From: Amphiscolops sp. MND2022
Lineage: Eukaryota
DNA length: 64,000 bases
Direction: 5' to 3'
Assembly (NCBI GenBank): GCA_964187785.1
Contig: OZ076418.1
Location: 15,748,001-15,812,000 of the forward strand
The first letter of the stretch is position 1; each line of letters starts with the position of its first letter. The notes under the pieces were generated by a model. It was not told the DNA's origin. It did not search any database and saw only the letters and a list, made by a program, of their open reading frames with translations. Below, in pieces: positions 12,001 to 23,974 of this stretch. Position numbers and translations under genes: made by a program.

Positions 12001-14718
12001 ATTGCTTTCGAATATGGTTTAAAAAGACCACAGACTTACAGTTATATCAATCAGGAGCCGAAAGTGAAGGATGAACCAGTTTGTTCGGTGAGTGGATCAA
12101 AGCATGACAATCGGGAATGTTGGAGATGCTGATGGTGCTGCAAATTTCACCCTGGATCACTTGAGTCGTTGTAGAGCACCCAATTCAATGTGTAATTACT
12201 GCAGCAAGAAGGGCCACCTGGAAAAAGAATGCAATCAAAAGAAAAGTGACAATAATCAAAAATTTGTCTAAAATCGTGGGTTCCCCAGACGAGTTCAATT
12301 AGTCGATCAAGAGGATACGGACGATGAAGATGAAAAATACATGGTTCTGAATGTAGAAGGAAACGACAACAATACCAAGCTTTACTACATGCAAGGCTTC
12401 ATAAATGGAAATCGTTCTAAGACGATGATAGATACGGGGTCACCAGTTACAAATTATGCAGTGGACAATATAACGAAAATCATGGAGAGAAAACTTACCA
12501 GTACGCGAAGTGGTGGAGGGTGAACGGTATGTTGATTTCAACGGCAAGCCACTTCAACTAGTGGGATATGTATTCTGCGAACTTCAAGTGAATGACAGCT
12601 ACATAAAAAAAAGCAACATTTCTGATAGGAAAGAAAGGCACGAAATCAATCATCGGAAGAGATTGGCTGTCAACCTTGAAATATCAAATTGCTCCAGAAC
12701 AAAAAGGTGAGTTGGAGGTAATTTCAAGAAAAAGGACCAAGAAATAAGCGTAGAAACTAAGCAAATCGTAAAATAATTCCTAAAACTGTTCCAACGACGC
12801 GGAAAAGTAAAAAAAATCATAAAGTGAAGATTAATTTCAAGGTGGATGCAAAAATAACTCAGCAAAAAGGGGGACGAATCCCCATTCAGTTACAAAAGGC
12901 AGTAATTGGAGAAATCGGCAGGTTGCAGAAAGAAGGCCATATCGAAAAAAATAACGAAAGAAAAGATGATGTATTCATCCAGTGAAAACAGTGAAAAAAG
13001 ATCAATCAGTATAAAATGCAAGAGTACTTAACAAAACCATAGAAAAGGACAAATACCAAATGCCAATTTTAGAAACTGCGCAAGATATGGTGGCAGAAAA
13101 GCTTGATGTAGAAAAAAGAGAGGCGTGGTTCTGATCTGTAGACATGACGTACGCTTATGGTCAAGTACCCTTGCATCTTCTAACGGCTAAACATTGTAAC
13201 TTTCAGATAGTTGGCGGAGAATCGACGGGAACATTAAGACTCGTAACAGGTTTCTGTGGTCTGTCAGTTATGCCCACAGAACTTCAAAAAGTACTGATTC
13301 TGTTGTTAGCAAAATTCAAAGAATTGTTTGTGTTTATAGACGACATTTTAATCGTAACTGAGGGAACTAAGAAAGAACATTTGGACGAAGTGCGGGAAAT
13401 TCTGAAAACGCGTGACGACGCCGAATTACAATTAAAGGCGGGAAAATGCAAAATAGCACAATATGAATCTGAATGATTAGGTTTAGAAATGACAAATGAG
13501 GGTATTTCGCCAGTGAATACAAAAATCCAAGAATTTACAGGAAAATTGCGACCAGGGAAATTGAAAGAACTAAGATCCCTTTTCGGTGCGGTACACCAAT
13601 TCAACAAGTTCATTCCTAATCTTGCAAGAGTTTGTTTCTCCTTTAGATCTATTTTTAAGAAAGATGCAACATGGAACTGGACGCATGAACACGAGAAGGC
13701 CTCTGTTAATGTAAATAAAGAAGTAAATAAGGGAGCAGAACTAACACATTTCAAAAGAAACAAACCTAAGAATCATTTGCGATGCGAGCAAACAAGGACT
13801 AAGGGCCGTGCTACAACAAGTGAAGGAAACGAATGTAAACCCAATTCCTACCTATTTAGATTTTCAACGGACTCAGAAGCAAAGATTTCAATAAATGAAA
13901 TAGAGTTATTAGCCGTAGTTTGGTCAGGTGAACCTTTTAAACACTATGTGTACGGGGTTGCATTCGGCATAGATCACAAAGCATTACAATGTGTACTGAA
14001 GGCAAATAAGGGAAACAAGACATACTACAGTAGATTAACAAGATGGGTAGATAGATTGCTGCCATTTTCAATTGTACATGCTCCGGGAAGAACTCTAGGA
14101 ATGGCAGATTATCTGTGAAGATACCCATTTAACTACGAAGGCATCGCAATCCAAGCTGAGAAATTATTCAATGATTGGTTCACGGTAATTGTATGAAATG
14201 ACGTCGTGCCAAAATTGAAAGGATTGGAGAATTGGCGAGAACCAATGAAATTGCGAGTTATTGAGAATTCTGAACGAAAGGATGTAAACAGAGTATTGAC
14301 AGCGCACTTGGCTACGCAAACAAACAAAGACAGTAAATTAATTGCTAATCCGTCATAGAAAGATTTAATGGCGTTAAACACCGAACTGTCATCTTCGAAA
14401 AAAGTAATGTGTACATCCAGGCAAATGCTGAGAATGACGGTGTTACTCAAAAGGTCATAAATCGTGTACAAAATCGAAACAATGCCATTAATGCGCGTCT
14501 TCCCCTCCCTGAAGGAAAAAGTTTAATTCATTTTCTTTTAGCGACAATAGATTACTTTTTATGGATAAATGTTTAGTGATTCCCAAAGACATGCGTGAAA
14601 ACGTTCTCCGGGCGCTCCACTTTAGACATTCTGGACGCGAGGCAATGTTAAAAGAAGCAGCCGACATACCGTGGCCTCGCGTACACAAAGAAATTGTGGA
14701 AAAAGCCAAAAATTGCAT

Positions 14719-15626
14719 TGTAACGGCTGCTTGCCCTTATCCTGCGCTGAGGCTTGACAAGCTTTACGCCGCCCTGATCCGTTGCTTAGTGCTGTGGACC
14801 GTCACTAAACAATTCCTGGTTTTCTTGTTTAAAGGACTGTATCTTTTGACTGGTGGGTCCGATGTGACCCGTGGAATCTCCTGCGATTCCGCTTTGCACT
14901 GAATTGGATCCGATGTGATCCTGCACACACTTCCCTCACAGTATCTTCACGCGCTCCGGCTCTCCAACTATGAGAGTAGCTACTTAGTCGCTCTAACTCT
15001 AGCGAAAAGTTGTGAAGATTGAGAAGTAGATTAATTAGTCTCGCGGTCCTGAGACCCAACTTGACTATAGCTATTCCGTGGAGAAAATCTCTATCTAATA
15101 ATGGTATAAACGTGGTTTACAATTCTACAGTAAATATAAGTTGAAATATGTGGTATAAATAAATGACATTTGAGTGAATTATTATAGTTATTGGCTATGT
15201 AAACAAAGAATGTGGTGGTTTTGGCATGTTGGTTTGGTGGGCTCTAAAGCATGTTTACACTATGTAGATATCATCAATTCAACAGAGTTACATTCTAATG
15301 TGGTCATATGGGTAAATAGCAATGTTTACATTTTTGTCTCAATGACCTTGAATACTACACATGTGAGGGGTAAAGAGGGTTATAATAGGTGGATGACCTT
15401 GAAACTCGGCCGGTGTGTTTGTGTTAGGTACTTGCGTATGTGTGCCAAGTTTCATGGCTCTATGACTAAGAGACTTTGAGAAAACCCATTTGGGGGGGGG
15501 TTTCCCCATTTGCAATGTGAGGTTTTTCTTCAAATTTTCATCTAAGTTTTTTGGAGTTTAAGTTTTGTTTCTCAACCAGCAAGTTCTGAATTGAGTTTCT
15601 CTGCCTTCTGATGACTGGCGCCAACA
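14719..15626 (-). repeat. 3' LTR of the BEL/Pao element
   Basis: Minus strand TGTTGGCGCC..CCGTTACA; near-identical to 18919-19826. Confidence 0.95.
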
Positions 15627-18250
15627 TTGCCGGCCCTGTTTTTCTCCCGAAAAACACTTTCGTAGAACATGGGTGCCAGTTTCACTACTGGTCTTTTCAG
15701 TTTTCCATCTTCAGTTATCACCAGCGCTGATCTCACTCGCCCATCGCTTCCATGATAGACTTCCAACACTCTACCCATCTTGTGGTGTGCTCTTTTCACA
15801 TTCTCATCCACTATCCAAACCAAATCATTGACTTCAAGTTGTCGAATTTCTTCTTTTTGCCATTTTCCAAAGAATTCAAGTTGCATCATCATTTCTTCCC
15901 GTGATACAGCCGGCCCTATGAAAGGCCCACTTTCCGAATTTGTTATTGTTTGTGCTTTTGGAGAACCCAATTGCGTTTCCATTAGCGATATTTCATCTGC
16001 AAAGTCATCTATCACAATCTTTGCATATAGGATGCCAGTTGTCAATTGAACACATTCGACCATTCCATGTAATAGGTTTGAGGTGTGTTCAAACTTCCGA
16101 GCTTGTTTCTTCGGTCGCTTGCGGTGGCTTTTGCTCAATTGAGTTTTATCCATGCCGTTAGCCTGTGCCACCGCGTCCATCCCAGAGTTTCCATTACCAA
16201 TCCGAGGGTTCCACTCATTGTTATTACTCGGGATAGTTTCTTCTACAAGGCTTACTTTGAAGTCAAAATCAAATTTCTTTCCAAAGGTTGCAATCATGGT
16301 ACGTGTTTCACCTTTGGCATTGCATTCAACGGGTTTGTCATGTTTCGCTGCAACATGGCATAGCTTTCGATACATTGCTTCTTCACTACAATCATCAAGC
16401 AGTGCAAATTGTTGCTCATGCACAAATCCATAACTTTTGTCGAATTCAAAACATTTGTTTCCTTCTTCAAGAAGTAGAGTACTGTCATGAAACATCGTCA
16501 CTTCGAATATTTTCCCTTGTTTTATGTCCTGATGTACGGTGAAAATTTCTGCACTCTCTTGCAGCAGTTCATGTTGGACACTCGATTCTCCCAAAGTTTG
16601 CTTGCTAGATGCGAATGATAAGAATCTATGCTCCTTCCTTGTTTCCGTCATTGTGTGATTCAAGTTCTCCTTTGTTTGACTTATCGAATGCTCACTCATG
16701 CCCAAGTGAATATCTTCTTCCAAAACCTGTTTGGTATCCACGAGGAGGGTTTCTGAACGGACGTCTTGCCGACCGTTGTCTACAATGAATGTTTCTGACC
16801 ATTTCTGTATACATTCCGTTGTGATGAGCTGCGGGGTTCCTTGGTTTGCAAGTTTCACGTCTGGTTGTGATATTGCTTCTTTTCTGCACGTTCTGTCGTC
16901 AGCTTGCTCATCGGCTTCTGTTGGAGGTTTTGAGTCTCTCCTAAGCGCGGAGAACTTTCCTTCGTGAACTAATTTCACTGCATTCTCTGATTTCAAATGA
17001 ACTGATAGTGCAATATTGGACTTAGCCCCGTCTTCGACTGTTTCTGTCTCAGCCATGCATCTTGAGTCTTCCGTGAAACTGTCGACTGATGAGACACTTG
17101 GGAAGCTAGTCCCCTGACTGCTCGACACTTCCGCTATTTCTCTTTCCTTTTCAGCTATTCTAGCTTTGCGGGCAAGCTCTTCATGCAAGTCTGCTATTTC
17201 CATTTGTATTGCTTCACGCTTCAGTTTCTCGAGTCGGGTTTGCAGCTCTTCTTGCTCGTTTTGAGCTTTTACTTTCAAATAAAGAACTCGTCTAGCAAGT
17301 GAACTTTTCGAAATCACTAAGCTTCTGTTGCTTCTGGTTTCAACCAGTTTTGGATGTTTGCCCAGTTCCTCTATTTCCAATTGTCCATTTTCGCTTCTTT
17401 GGCCTTGGACTTCATCCGATTTCTGATCTTCCGCTTTCTCTAATGCTAGAGGAAACAGTCGATCTCCATTAGACCACTTCGTGCTAACTGTTGGTCTGTT
17501 GTCCATCAGGATTGTTACGTCAGACACCTTACTGTTTTCTTCGAGTAGTGATGTCACATCGTTGATAGAGTTTTCCACTTCAGATATGCTGTCTCTCATA
17601 CCCCAGCAACTTTCTTGGTCCTTAGTCCTTCTTGACCGTTTCAGTGATTCCTTTTTACTAGCTGTTTTCTTTACACAATTAGGTTTTGCCTGATGGACAC
17701 GTCTTTGCCTCAACTTTCTTGTGCGAGGGCATCTCATAGCTGCGTCTGCAGATGTTCCATTTGTCATCTGACTCAGTTTCAACTCTTTTGTCCCATCAAT
17801 TGGACACTTCAACATTTGCTGCACATCGGGGAACCAATATCCCCAACTCGATTCCAGATTCGCAAAGCATTCATCCCATTCAGTCACACTTCGACTGAGC
17901 TGTCTTTGCGTTTCTTCATTTGTGAGACTCAACATAAAGTCTACACAGAACTGCAACGCCTGTCTTCTCTCGCGGTATTCAATTACCCGATCAATCAAGT
18001 TGCTTCTGGATACAACAGCTTCTTTCTCATCGAGCTTGTCATCCAAGTCTTTTACTAACGTATGGAGCTTTTCCACATGTAGGGGTACAATATTCCAATA
18101 GAGGCTCCATGCGTACCAATCTGACACATTTTCCAACTCTTTTGGTCTGATTTCCATCAGTTGTTGGCTCTGCTTTGTGTTTCTTCCTTCAAACACATTT
18201 GTCATTCGAGGGTGCTGCGTCACTTGCCTTTCTTTCTTTTTGGCTTTCAT
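15572..18250 (-). CDS. 892-aa BEL/Pao fusion ORF: gag-like N-terminus plus integrase C-terminal tail, no recognisable PR/RT/RH
   Basis: Uninterrupted ORF with a coiled-coil-like segment (EELQTRLEKLKREAIQMEIADLHEEL). C-terminus LEVNDLVWIVDENVKRAHHKMGRVLEVYHGSDGRVRSALVITEDGKLKRPVVKLAP is the typical BEL/Pao DUF5641-like tail. The last codons lie in the 3' LTR. Confidence 0.8.
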   Translation of the reverse strand: MKAKKKERQVTQHPRMTNVFEGRNTKQSQQLMEIRPKELENVSDWYAWSLYWNIVPLHVEKLHTLVKDLDDKLDEKEAVVSRSNLIDRVIEYRERRQALQFCVDFMLSLTNEETQRQLSRSVTEWDECFANLESSWGYWFPDVQQMLKCPIDGTKELKLSQMTNGTSADAAMRCPRTRKLRQRRVHQAKPNCVKKTASKKESLKRSRRTKDQESCWGMRDSISEVENSINDVTSLLEENSKVSDVTILMDNRPTVSTKWSNGDRLFPLALEKAEDQKSDEVQGQRSENGQLEIEELGKHPKLVETRSNRSLVISKSSLARRVLYLKVKAQNEQEELQTRLEKLKREAIQMEIADLHEELARKARIAEKEREIAEVSSSQGTSFPSVSSVDSFTEDSRCMAETETVEDGAKSNIALSVHLKSENAVKLVHEGKFSALRRDSKPPTEADEQADDRTCRKEAISQPDVKLANQGTPQLITTECIQKWSETFIVDNGRQDVRSETLLVDTKQVLEEDIHLGMSEHSISQTKENLNHTMTETRKEHRFLSFASSKQTLGESSVQHELLQESAEIFTVHQDIKQGKIFEVTMFHDSTLLLEEGNKCFEFDKSYGFVHEQQFALLDDCSEEAMYRKLCHVAAKHDKPVECNAKGETRTMIATFGKKFDFDFKVSLVEETIPSNNNEWNPRIGNGNSGMDAVAQANGMDKTQLSKSHRKRPKKQARKFEHTSNLLHGMVECVQLTTGILYAKIVIDDFADEISLMETQLGSPKAQTITNSESGPFIGPAVSREEMMMQLEFFGKWQKEEIRQLEVNDLVWIVDENVKRAHHKMGRVLEVYHGSDGRVRSALVITEDGKLKRPVVKLAPMFYESVFREKNRAGNVGASHQKAEKLNSELAG

Positions 18251-18616
18251 TTGTTCATATGACTCTTTTGTTCCACTGAGGGCTTTCGAGCTTCACAACT
18301 GTTTCTTGTAGGCTTTGTCACTTTTCCCAACTCTGCAATTTCTCAGATACAAAGTGTCAACTGCTCAATCCGGTAATCAATCGCCAATTCTTGAAGAATC
18401 AACCCAATACTGTCGATTATACTTGCCTTCTTTGACGAACTTGATTGTTTCGGTGGATCTTGTCTCTCTGACTTGATACCTTGGCTTTACTTGGTGGATT
18501 TACTTGCACTGACGTCTTAGACCAGATCTTTGCTTCAATCAGGAATACGTTCCCAAAGAATACAATTCGTCTCAAAACTAGAGTTGATGCACAAATACCT
18601 CCAGAGTGCCGCTAAA

Positions 18617-18784
18617 GCCCAACTCCCAGAGTACACAATAGCCCAATCTCCCAGAGACACAGTAGTCCAATCTCCCAGAGACACAGTAGCCCAATCTCCC
18701 AGAGACACAGTAGCCCAATCTCCCAGAGTCACAATAGCCCAATCTCCCAGAGTCACAACAGCCCAATCTCCCAGAGACACGAAA
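18617..18784. repeat. 24-bp tandem repeat x7 in the BEL/Pao leader
   Basis: Unit GCCCAATCTCCCAGAGACACAGTA with few variants. Confidence 0.95.
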
Positions 18785-18850
18785 TCAGATACTCCAAGAC
18801 CCAGTTCTTGGGCAATCTTCTGTTGTCTACCAACGAGTCGTCTTCTTCTA

Positions 18851-18918
18851 GTCCGGGTCGTCCACCAACGAGTTGTCCGGGTCGTCCACCAACGAGTGGT
18901 CCGGGTCGGCGGACCAAA
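18851..18918 (-). repeat. Tandem 24-bp PBS-like repeats (3 units including the PBS)
   Basis: GTCCGGGTCGTCCACCAACGAGT(T/G) x2, then GTCCGGGTCGGCGGACCAAA. Confidence 0.85.
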
Positions 18919-19826
18919 TGTAACGGCTGCTTGCCCTTATCCTGCGCTGAGGCTTGACAAGCTTTACGCCGCCCTGATCCGTTGCTTAGTGCTGTGGACC
19001 GTCACTAAACAATTCCTGGTTTTCTTGTTTAAAGGACTGTATCTTTAGACTGGTGGGTCCGATGTGACCCGTGGAATCTCCTGCGATTCCGCTTTGCACT
19101 GAATTGGATCCGATGTGATCCTGCACACACTTCCCTCACAGTATCTTCACGCGCTCCGGCTCTCCAACTATGAGAGTAGCTACTTAGTCGCTCTAACTCT
19201 AGCGAAAAGTTGTGAAGATTGAGAAGTAGATTAATTAGTCTCGCGGTCCTGAGACCCAACTTGACTATAGCTATTCCGTGGAGAAAATCTCTATCTAATA
19301 ATGGTATAAACGTGGTTTACAATTCTACAGTAAATATAAGTTGAAATATGTGGTATAAATAAATGACATTTGAGTGAATTATTATAGTTATTGGCTATGT
19401 AAACAAAGAATGTGGTGGTTTTGGCATGTTGGTTTGGTGGGCTCTAAAGCATGTTTACACTATGTAGATATCATCAATTCAACAGAGTTACATTCTAATG
19501 TGGTCATATGGGTAAATAGCAATGTTTGCATTTTTGTCTCAATGACCTTGAATACTACACATGTGAGGGGTAAAGAGGGTTATAATGGGTGGATGACCTT
19601 GAAACTCGGCCGGTGTGTTTGTGTTAGGTACTTGCGTATGTGTGCCAAGTTTCATGGCTCTATGACTAAGAGACTTTGAGAAAACCCAATTGGGGGGGGG
19701 TTTCCCCATTTGCAATGTGAGGTTTTTCTTCAAATTTTCATCTAAGTTTTTTGGAGTTTAAGTTTTGTTTCTCAACCAGCAAGTTCTGAATTGAGTTTCT
19801 CTGCCTTCTGATGACTGGCGCCAACA
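18919..19826 (-). repeat. 5' LTR of the BEL/Pao element
   Basis: Direct repeat of 14719-15626, followed on the minus strand by TT and the PBS. Confidence 0.95.
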
Positions 19827-22800
19827 TGCATGTAATGTCAACAACCAGGTAAGAATCTCAAATGCTTAAAGTCACAAAACGAATTGGGAAAATTACCGGA
19901 ATCACATAAACCAAATGGAGAAATCGCATTAGAATTCGCGAGACCTTTTCAAAATGCACACCAAAAAGTATTTGTTAGTATCTGTAGATAATCACTCAGG
20001 GTGACCTGACGCTTCATTTTTACCCAAACCTACCACTGAGAAAGTAATTAATTTTTTTCAGAATGTATAGCTGTGAATGGGTTAGCATAAAAAATCCGAA
20101 CTGACCCGGACACAGTATTTGAAAGTAAAAAATTTAATTATTTTCGCACGGAAAATTTTATCGAACACATAGTATGCCCAGTTAGAGACCATAGGGGAAA
20201 TGGTAAAGTACAAAGAATGTTCCGCACAATCAATGAGAGATTGAGAACGAACAAAGCACTGATAATCTTGTAAAGGAAAAGGGATTGTCAAAAATACTAC
20301 TTGCGCTACGGTCGGAAAAGGGTTCCGACGGAAAATCTGCATTCGAAAAACACATATGCAGAGAACCAAATACGCCAAAATCACGCTTAATTGAAAAATG
20401 TATTTTAGAGAAAGATCATGCCGTAGAGGTTGAGCCGGAGATTTATAGTGAAGAGGCAGACTCGACAATACTGGTGAGGGAAAGAGTCCGAGAAACGAAA
20501 CTAGAAAGTGCATTTGAAAAAGTGGGAGGGGCAGATTGTGAAGCAATCCAGCCACACAAAAACACTACTACCAAACTCAAGTAAAACGGCGACAACCTAC
20601 TCTAAACGTGATATAGCAGCAGGCTCCAGAATAGCAAGGAAAGAGAATGAACCATGAGTGAAATGGCAAACAAAGCGGAAAAGGGAAAAAGAAAAAGAAG
20701 AGCAATTGAAAGTGATCAAGAGTCAGAAGACTTAGGTCAAGTTCCCAACCCAGAATTGTATATAGCCCCGACTCTAGAAGTATACAAAAACAGCAACGGA
20801 AGAAAGGAAAAGGATCCGGAACAGGAAATGACGAGAACACAACAAAACATTGTGATAAAAGAAGACGTTAACAGCAGCATTGACCCAGAAGAGTCATCAG
20901 CGTTTACCAAAGAACGAGAAGACATAATCCGAGAAAAGACGAAGCCCAAAAATTCCCGGTATCGGGAACTGTGAAATGGGAGAAAGCAAGAGTAAAGTGT
21001 AATTGTTGAAATGCCATGTTGAAGCATGTTGTCAAAACCGAATAAAACCCCGGTACCCTTGCCTTCCGTATTTAAAAGGGGAGTGTTGTAGATGTTGAAT
21101 TCCTATTCACAATTAGTGATGTAAAAAGACAATTTGTAGAAAATATGTATTTAATAACAACCTGCCAAATGTAACCCAAGTTGCAAAGTTGGCACAACTG
21201 CCAAAACTGAGTTTATCGTTCATAATACAGTCTGCACACGTATTCTTTTCTTACTCGAATTGCAGTTGACACACAGGTCTATAACAAAAACCAATTCCAG
21301 AAAGTACAATTATTCAACACAACCATTCATAGTTTCTCGGTAACTAGTGTAGCTCAAGTTATTTGTGCATATCACCAGCATTTTGACCCATCTGAACAGA
21401 TGGCGCCCCAAAACGTCAGAGATCATCTTCGGTCAGTCGACACATTTTCTACGTTTTTTCTGCAGGAGTAGCAGAAGAACTCGAACCATTCCATTCCCGG
21501 TAAATAACTCTCGGGTCTCCTCCGTAAGCACAACATTCAAACAAAAATCTGGAGATTTTCCGTGATATTTTAACTATTTCGTTTCGAACACTTTCTTTAC
21601 CAAAACTGTGCTAAAAACACCACGTTTCTTTGATATTCTAATGCCGACTGTGCTGAAATTTTGGCTTTTGAACCTAGTTCATTGGAAGTTTTTGATGGTA
21701 AAGGACTGCATTTTTTAACGTATTCTAATAAGAGTTGCTCTTGAAATCAATTCTTGGGAAGAAAATGAATCAAATTGCACATGAAAGTGCTCGAGGCTTG
21801 TACTGGATCTTTTGAAACGTCTTTCAAATATCTTTTTTGAGCTTTCTCAGATAAGTTCGGTGGATGACCTCTATGTTCTTTTGATGAAGATCTTTTATTC
21901 CAATGGAAACGTCTGTAGACCGACTGTACACCAACTTTGGCCTAAACCCAGTTCTTCGGCAATTTTTGATGGCAGAAACCTGCATTTTTAAATGCAAAAC
22001 TTTGACAAGTTAAACTAGAATCTGGCGGCGCTGCTGTTATTGCTGAGATTTTGACTGACGTGAAACGTAGAAACAAGTAAAATGATTCCAACTACGCATG
22101 ATTTTGTTCTCAAATTTCATCACAGCTGTATTCAACTTTCGGGAACTATACTGTTTCTCCGTTTCTTAATCAAAGTATTGGAGAACTTCTGGAAGTTTTA
22201 CCAAAAATTTCTTCTACAAAAACCACAGTAGCACTGCGTTGGTTTTCCTATACTGTTACAACAAAAGGTCTCAAAGAGAATCGTCACAAAAATCGGAGTT
22301 CAGTTTTTTTTCAGGTCAGTTATGTTCAAAAACATCTCACAGTGTCAAAATTGCCACAAGCTTGACTTCAATTAAATTTCTTGACTTATATTTGGTTTTC
22401 TAAAAAACATCAAAATAACCAGAGCCGCGAAACACTTTTTATAGAAGTCGCACTACCCTAGAAAGTCTTTCTCAGAATTGTAGGAAAAACTCTTATCAGT
22501 TTCACAGGATCGAAGAATAACCAAAGATCAAAGTCACAAGATCGAAGTCAAAATGGAGTCCTCTTAAGGACTGTCAAATTGGCAAAAATTGTGTGAAAAC
22601 TTACTCGGTGAGTCGCATGTTGCGGAAAAAGCCTAAGGGGGACTTTGTGCTCTCAAAACGCTTTGTTACTGCTAAGAATTGAAAGGATTTTGAGCCAAAA
22701 TTCTTTTATTGAAAATTCACATTGTACTGAAAGACCAAAGGGGGACCTTTTCGTTGTCCCTGAACCTTAGCAACCATTGCAAAAAATGGAATGCAAAATT

Positions 22801-23974
22801 TCCAGAAGTTCTTCAGGCGCACAGAGTGTACAGTGTATTTTTGAGTCGGCGCTTTTGTTGGAAAGAGCAAAATATAGTAGTGTTTTTTAAAGAGGTGCGA
22901 ACTAACAGATTATGGAGATCTATTGCCTTCTCCTTCGTTTCGTTATCCAGCCACTTCACTTGACGCTGGAACCAGTGTTTACCACAACTGCTTGCGCATG
23001 GTGACAGTAACCGAGGAGCAGGCGTTCGAATCCCGTTTTGGTCTGATTTTTTCCAATGCTATTCTAGGTCAAAGGGCCCCCAGATGACTTTTCCCGCACT
23101 GTGCGACTTTTGACGGAAAGATATTAATTTTCTCCTGAATTTTTTTGCCAATTCAGTTTTTCCATGTTTTGGTTGGGTACAGGCGTTTTTAAAAGCCTTT
23201 TCTAAGTGTTTTTCTGTAAATGTCCTTGAACATATCCAAAAAATTCTGCTCTTTTTGAGCCTCAATCTGGGCACAGAACTGGGCGTCTATCGAGCTTTTT
23301 GGTCTACCTAAGGCCGGCATCCACAAGAGAAAACACAAAAGAATTTTCAACTGTCCTGGCTTATTTGATGTTACATTCATCTAATTCTCTCATCGAATGC
23401 TCCGAAAGTATGAAGAAACATCCAGGGTGACTGGAAGCAACTTCAGTATTTACCTGTTTGAAGGAAGCGTCCGGGTTTCAAGTGTTCCGACACGTCGCCG
23501 GAGTTCTCAATGATTGACAAGAGACCAGTTTTGACTGAAACTATTCTCTAGAATATCGTGGGACACTGGTTCCTATATTCTAGCAACTCACGTAATTCCT
23601 GTATAAGCTCTTTATTGGCTCTTCCATTCGTAATTATTCATGCAATTTCAGACAGCATGGTAAAATTAGTTTTTGGTTCTTGATATTGGTAAATCTTGGA
23701 GCATGATTGAATAATGGGAAGTTTTTATTTTCCCGCACATGCAAAAAATAGCTGAAATAGGCATAAAATAAACATTTATTGCATTAATGTGAAACAGGGA
23801 TTTCAAGTACTTGACTTTTTTGAGATTGAGTTCGAGAGCACAGTTTGGACTTGGGTTTGTACTTGAATCCAAACCCCGTTGTATAGTTTGAGTTCGAGAT
23901 TGACAGCACACGTATGAGTTTGACAAAAAATTCCCAAATGGATCTAAGGAACTCGGTCTAACCTTCAAATTTTT

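Larger units (their letters stand above)
14719..19826 (-). mobile_element. Young non-autonomous BEL/Pao LTR element (5108 bp) with TGCAT TSD
   Basis: 908-bp LTRs at 14719-15626 and 18919-19826 differ at 4 positions by eye. TSD TGCAT at 14714-14718 and 19827-19831. PBS TGGTCCGCCGACCCGGA at 18900-18916. ORF ends in the BEL/Pao integrase C-terminal motif. Confidence 0.93.
11441..20560 (+). pseudogene. Decayed gag-pol of element B
   Basis: Fragments: CNYCSKKGHLEKEC knuckle (about 12195), MIDTGSP protease (12422), MTYAYGQVPL and FIDDILIV RT, EIELLAVVW RNase H, and HFRHSG..KNC integrase, which resumes after 19831 (CQQPGKNLK). Many stops and frameshifts. Confidence 0.9.
11195..21286 (+). mobile_element. 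Old Ty3/Gypsy LTR retrotransposon B (related to A), interrupted by BEL/Pao
   Basis: Two 203-bp LTRs (11195-11397, 21084-21286) are visibly diverged. PBS TGGCGCTGCGAGCAG (tRNA-Ser-like) at 11398; PPT AAAAGGGGAG at 21074-21083; near-TSD GAAAC/AAAAC. Confidence 0.92.
10809..22153 (-). mobile_element. Degenerate Tc1/mariner transposon split by Gypsy element B
   Basis: Left end TA-CAGTATAGTCTCAAAAAGTTTG; imperfect inverted copy ends at 22153. Minus-strand transposase motifs lie on both sides of the insertion: FWGAICSDG (about 21390-21420), HDNAPIHT (about 11163-11190) and LDWSSYISDLNIIENSW (about 11075-11125). Confidence 0.75.

Noticed and set aside
18617-18784. CRISPR-like array
   Set aside because: These are head-to-tail repeats without unique spacers, in a eukaryotic retroelement with no cas genes. 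The same applies to the 33-, 50- and 52-bp arrays.
18530-19048. Plus-strand 172-aa ORF and other short ORFs over tandem repeats or antisense to gag/pol
   Set aside because: They are explained by stop-free repeat units or by shadowing of long opposite-strand ORFs.
23280-23640. Coding-like segment between the Tc1 end and the MITE
   Set aside because: All frames have stops and no recognisable motif; probably an old TE remnant.
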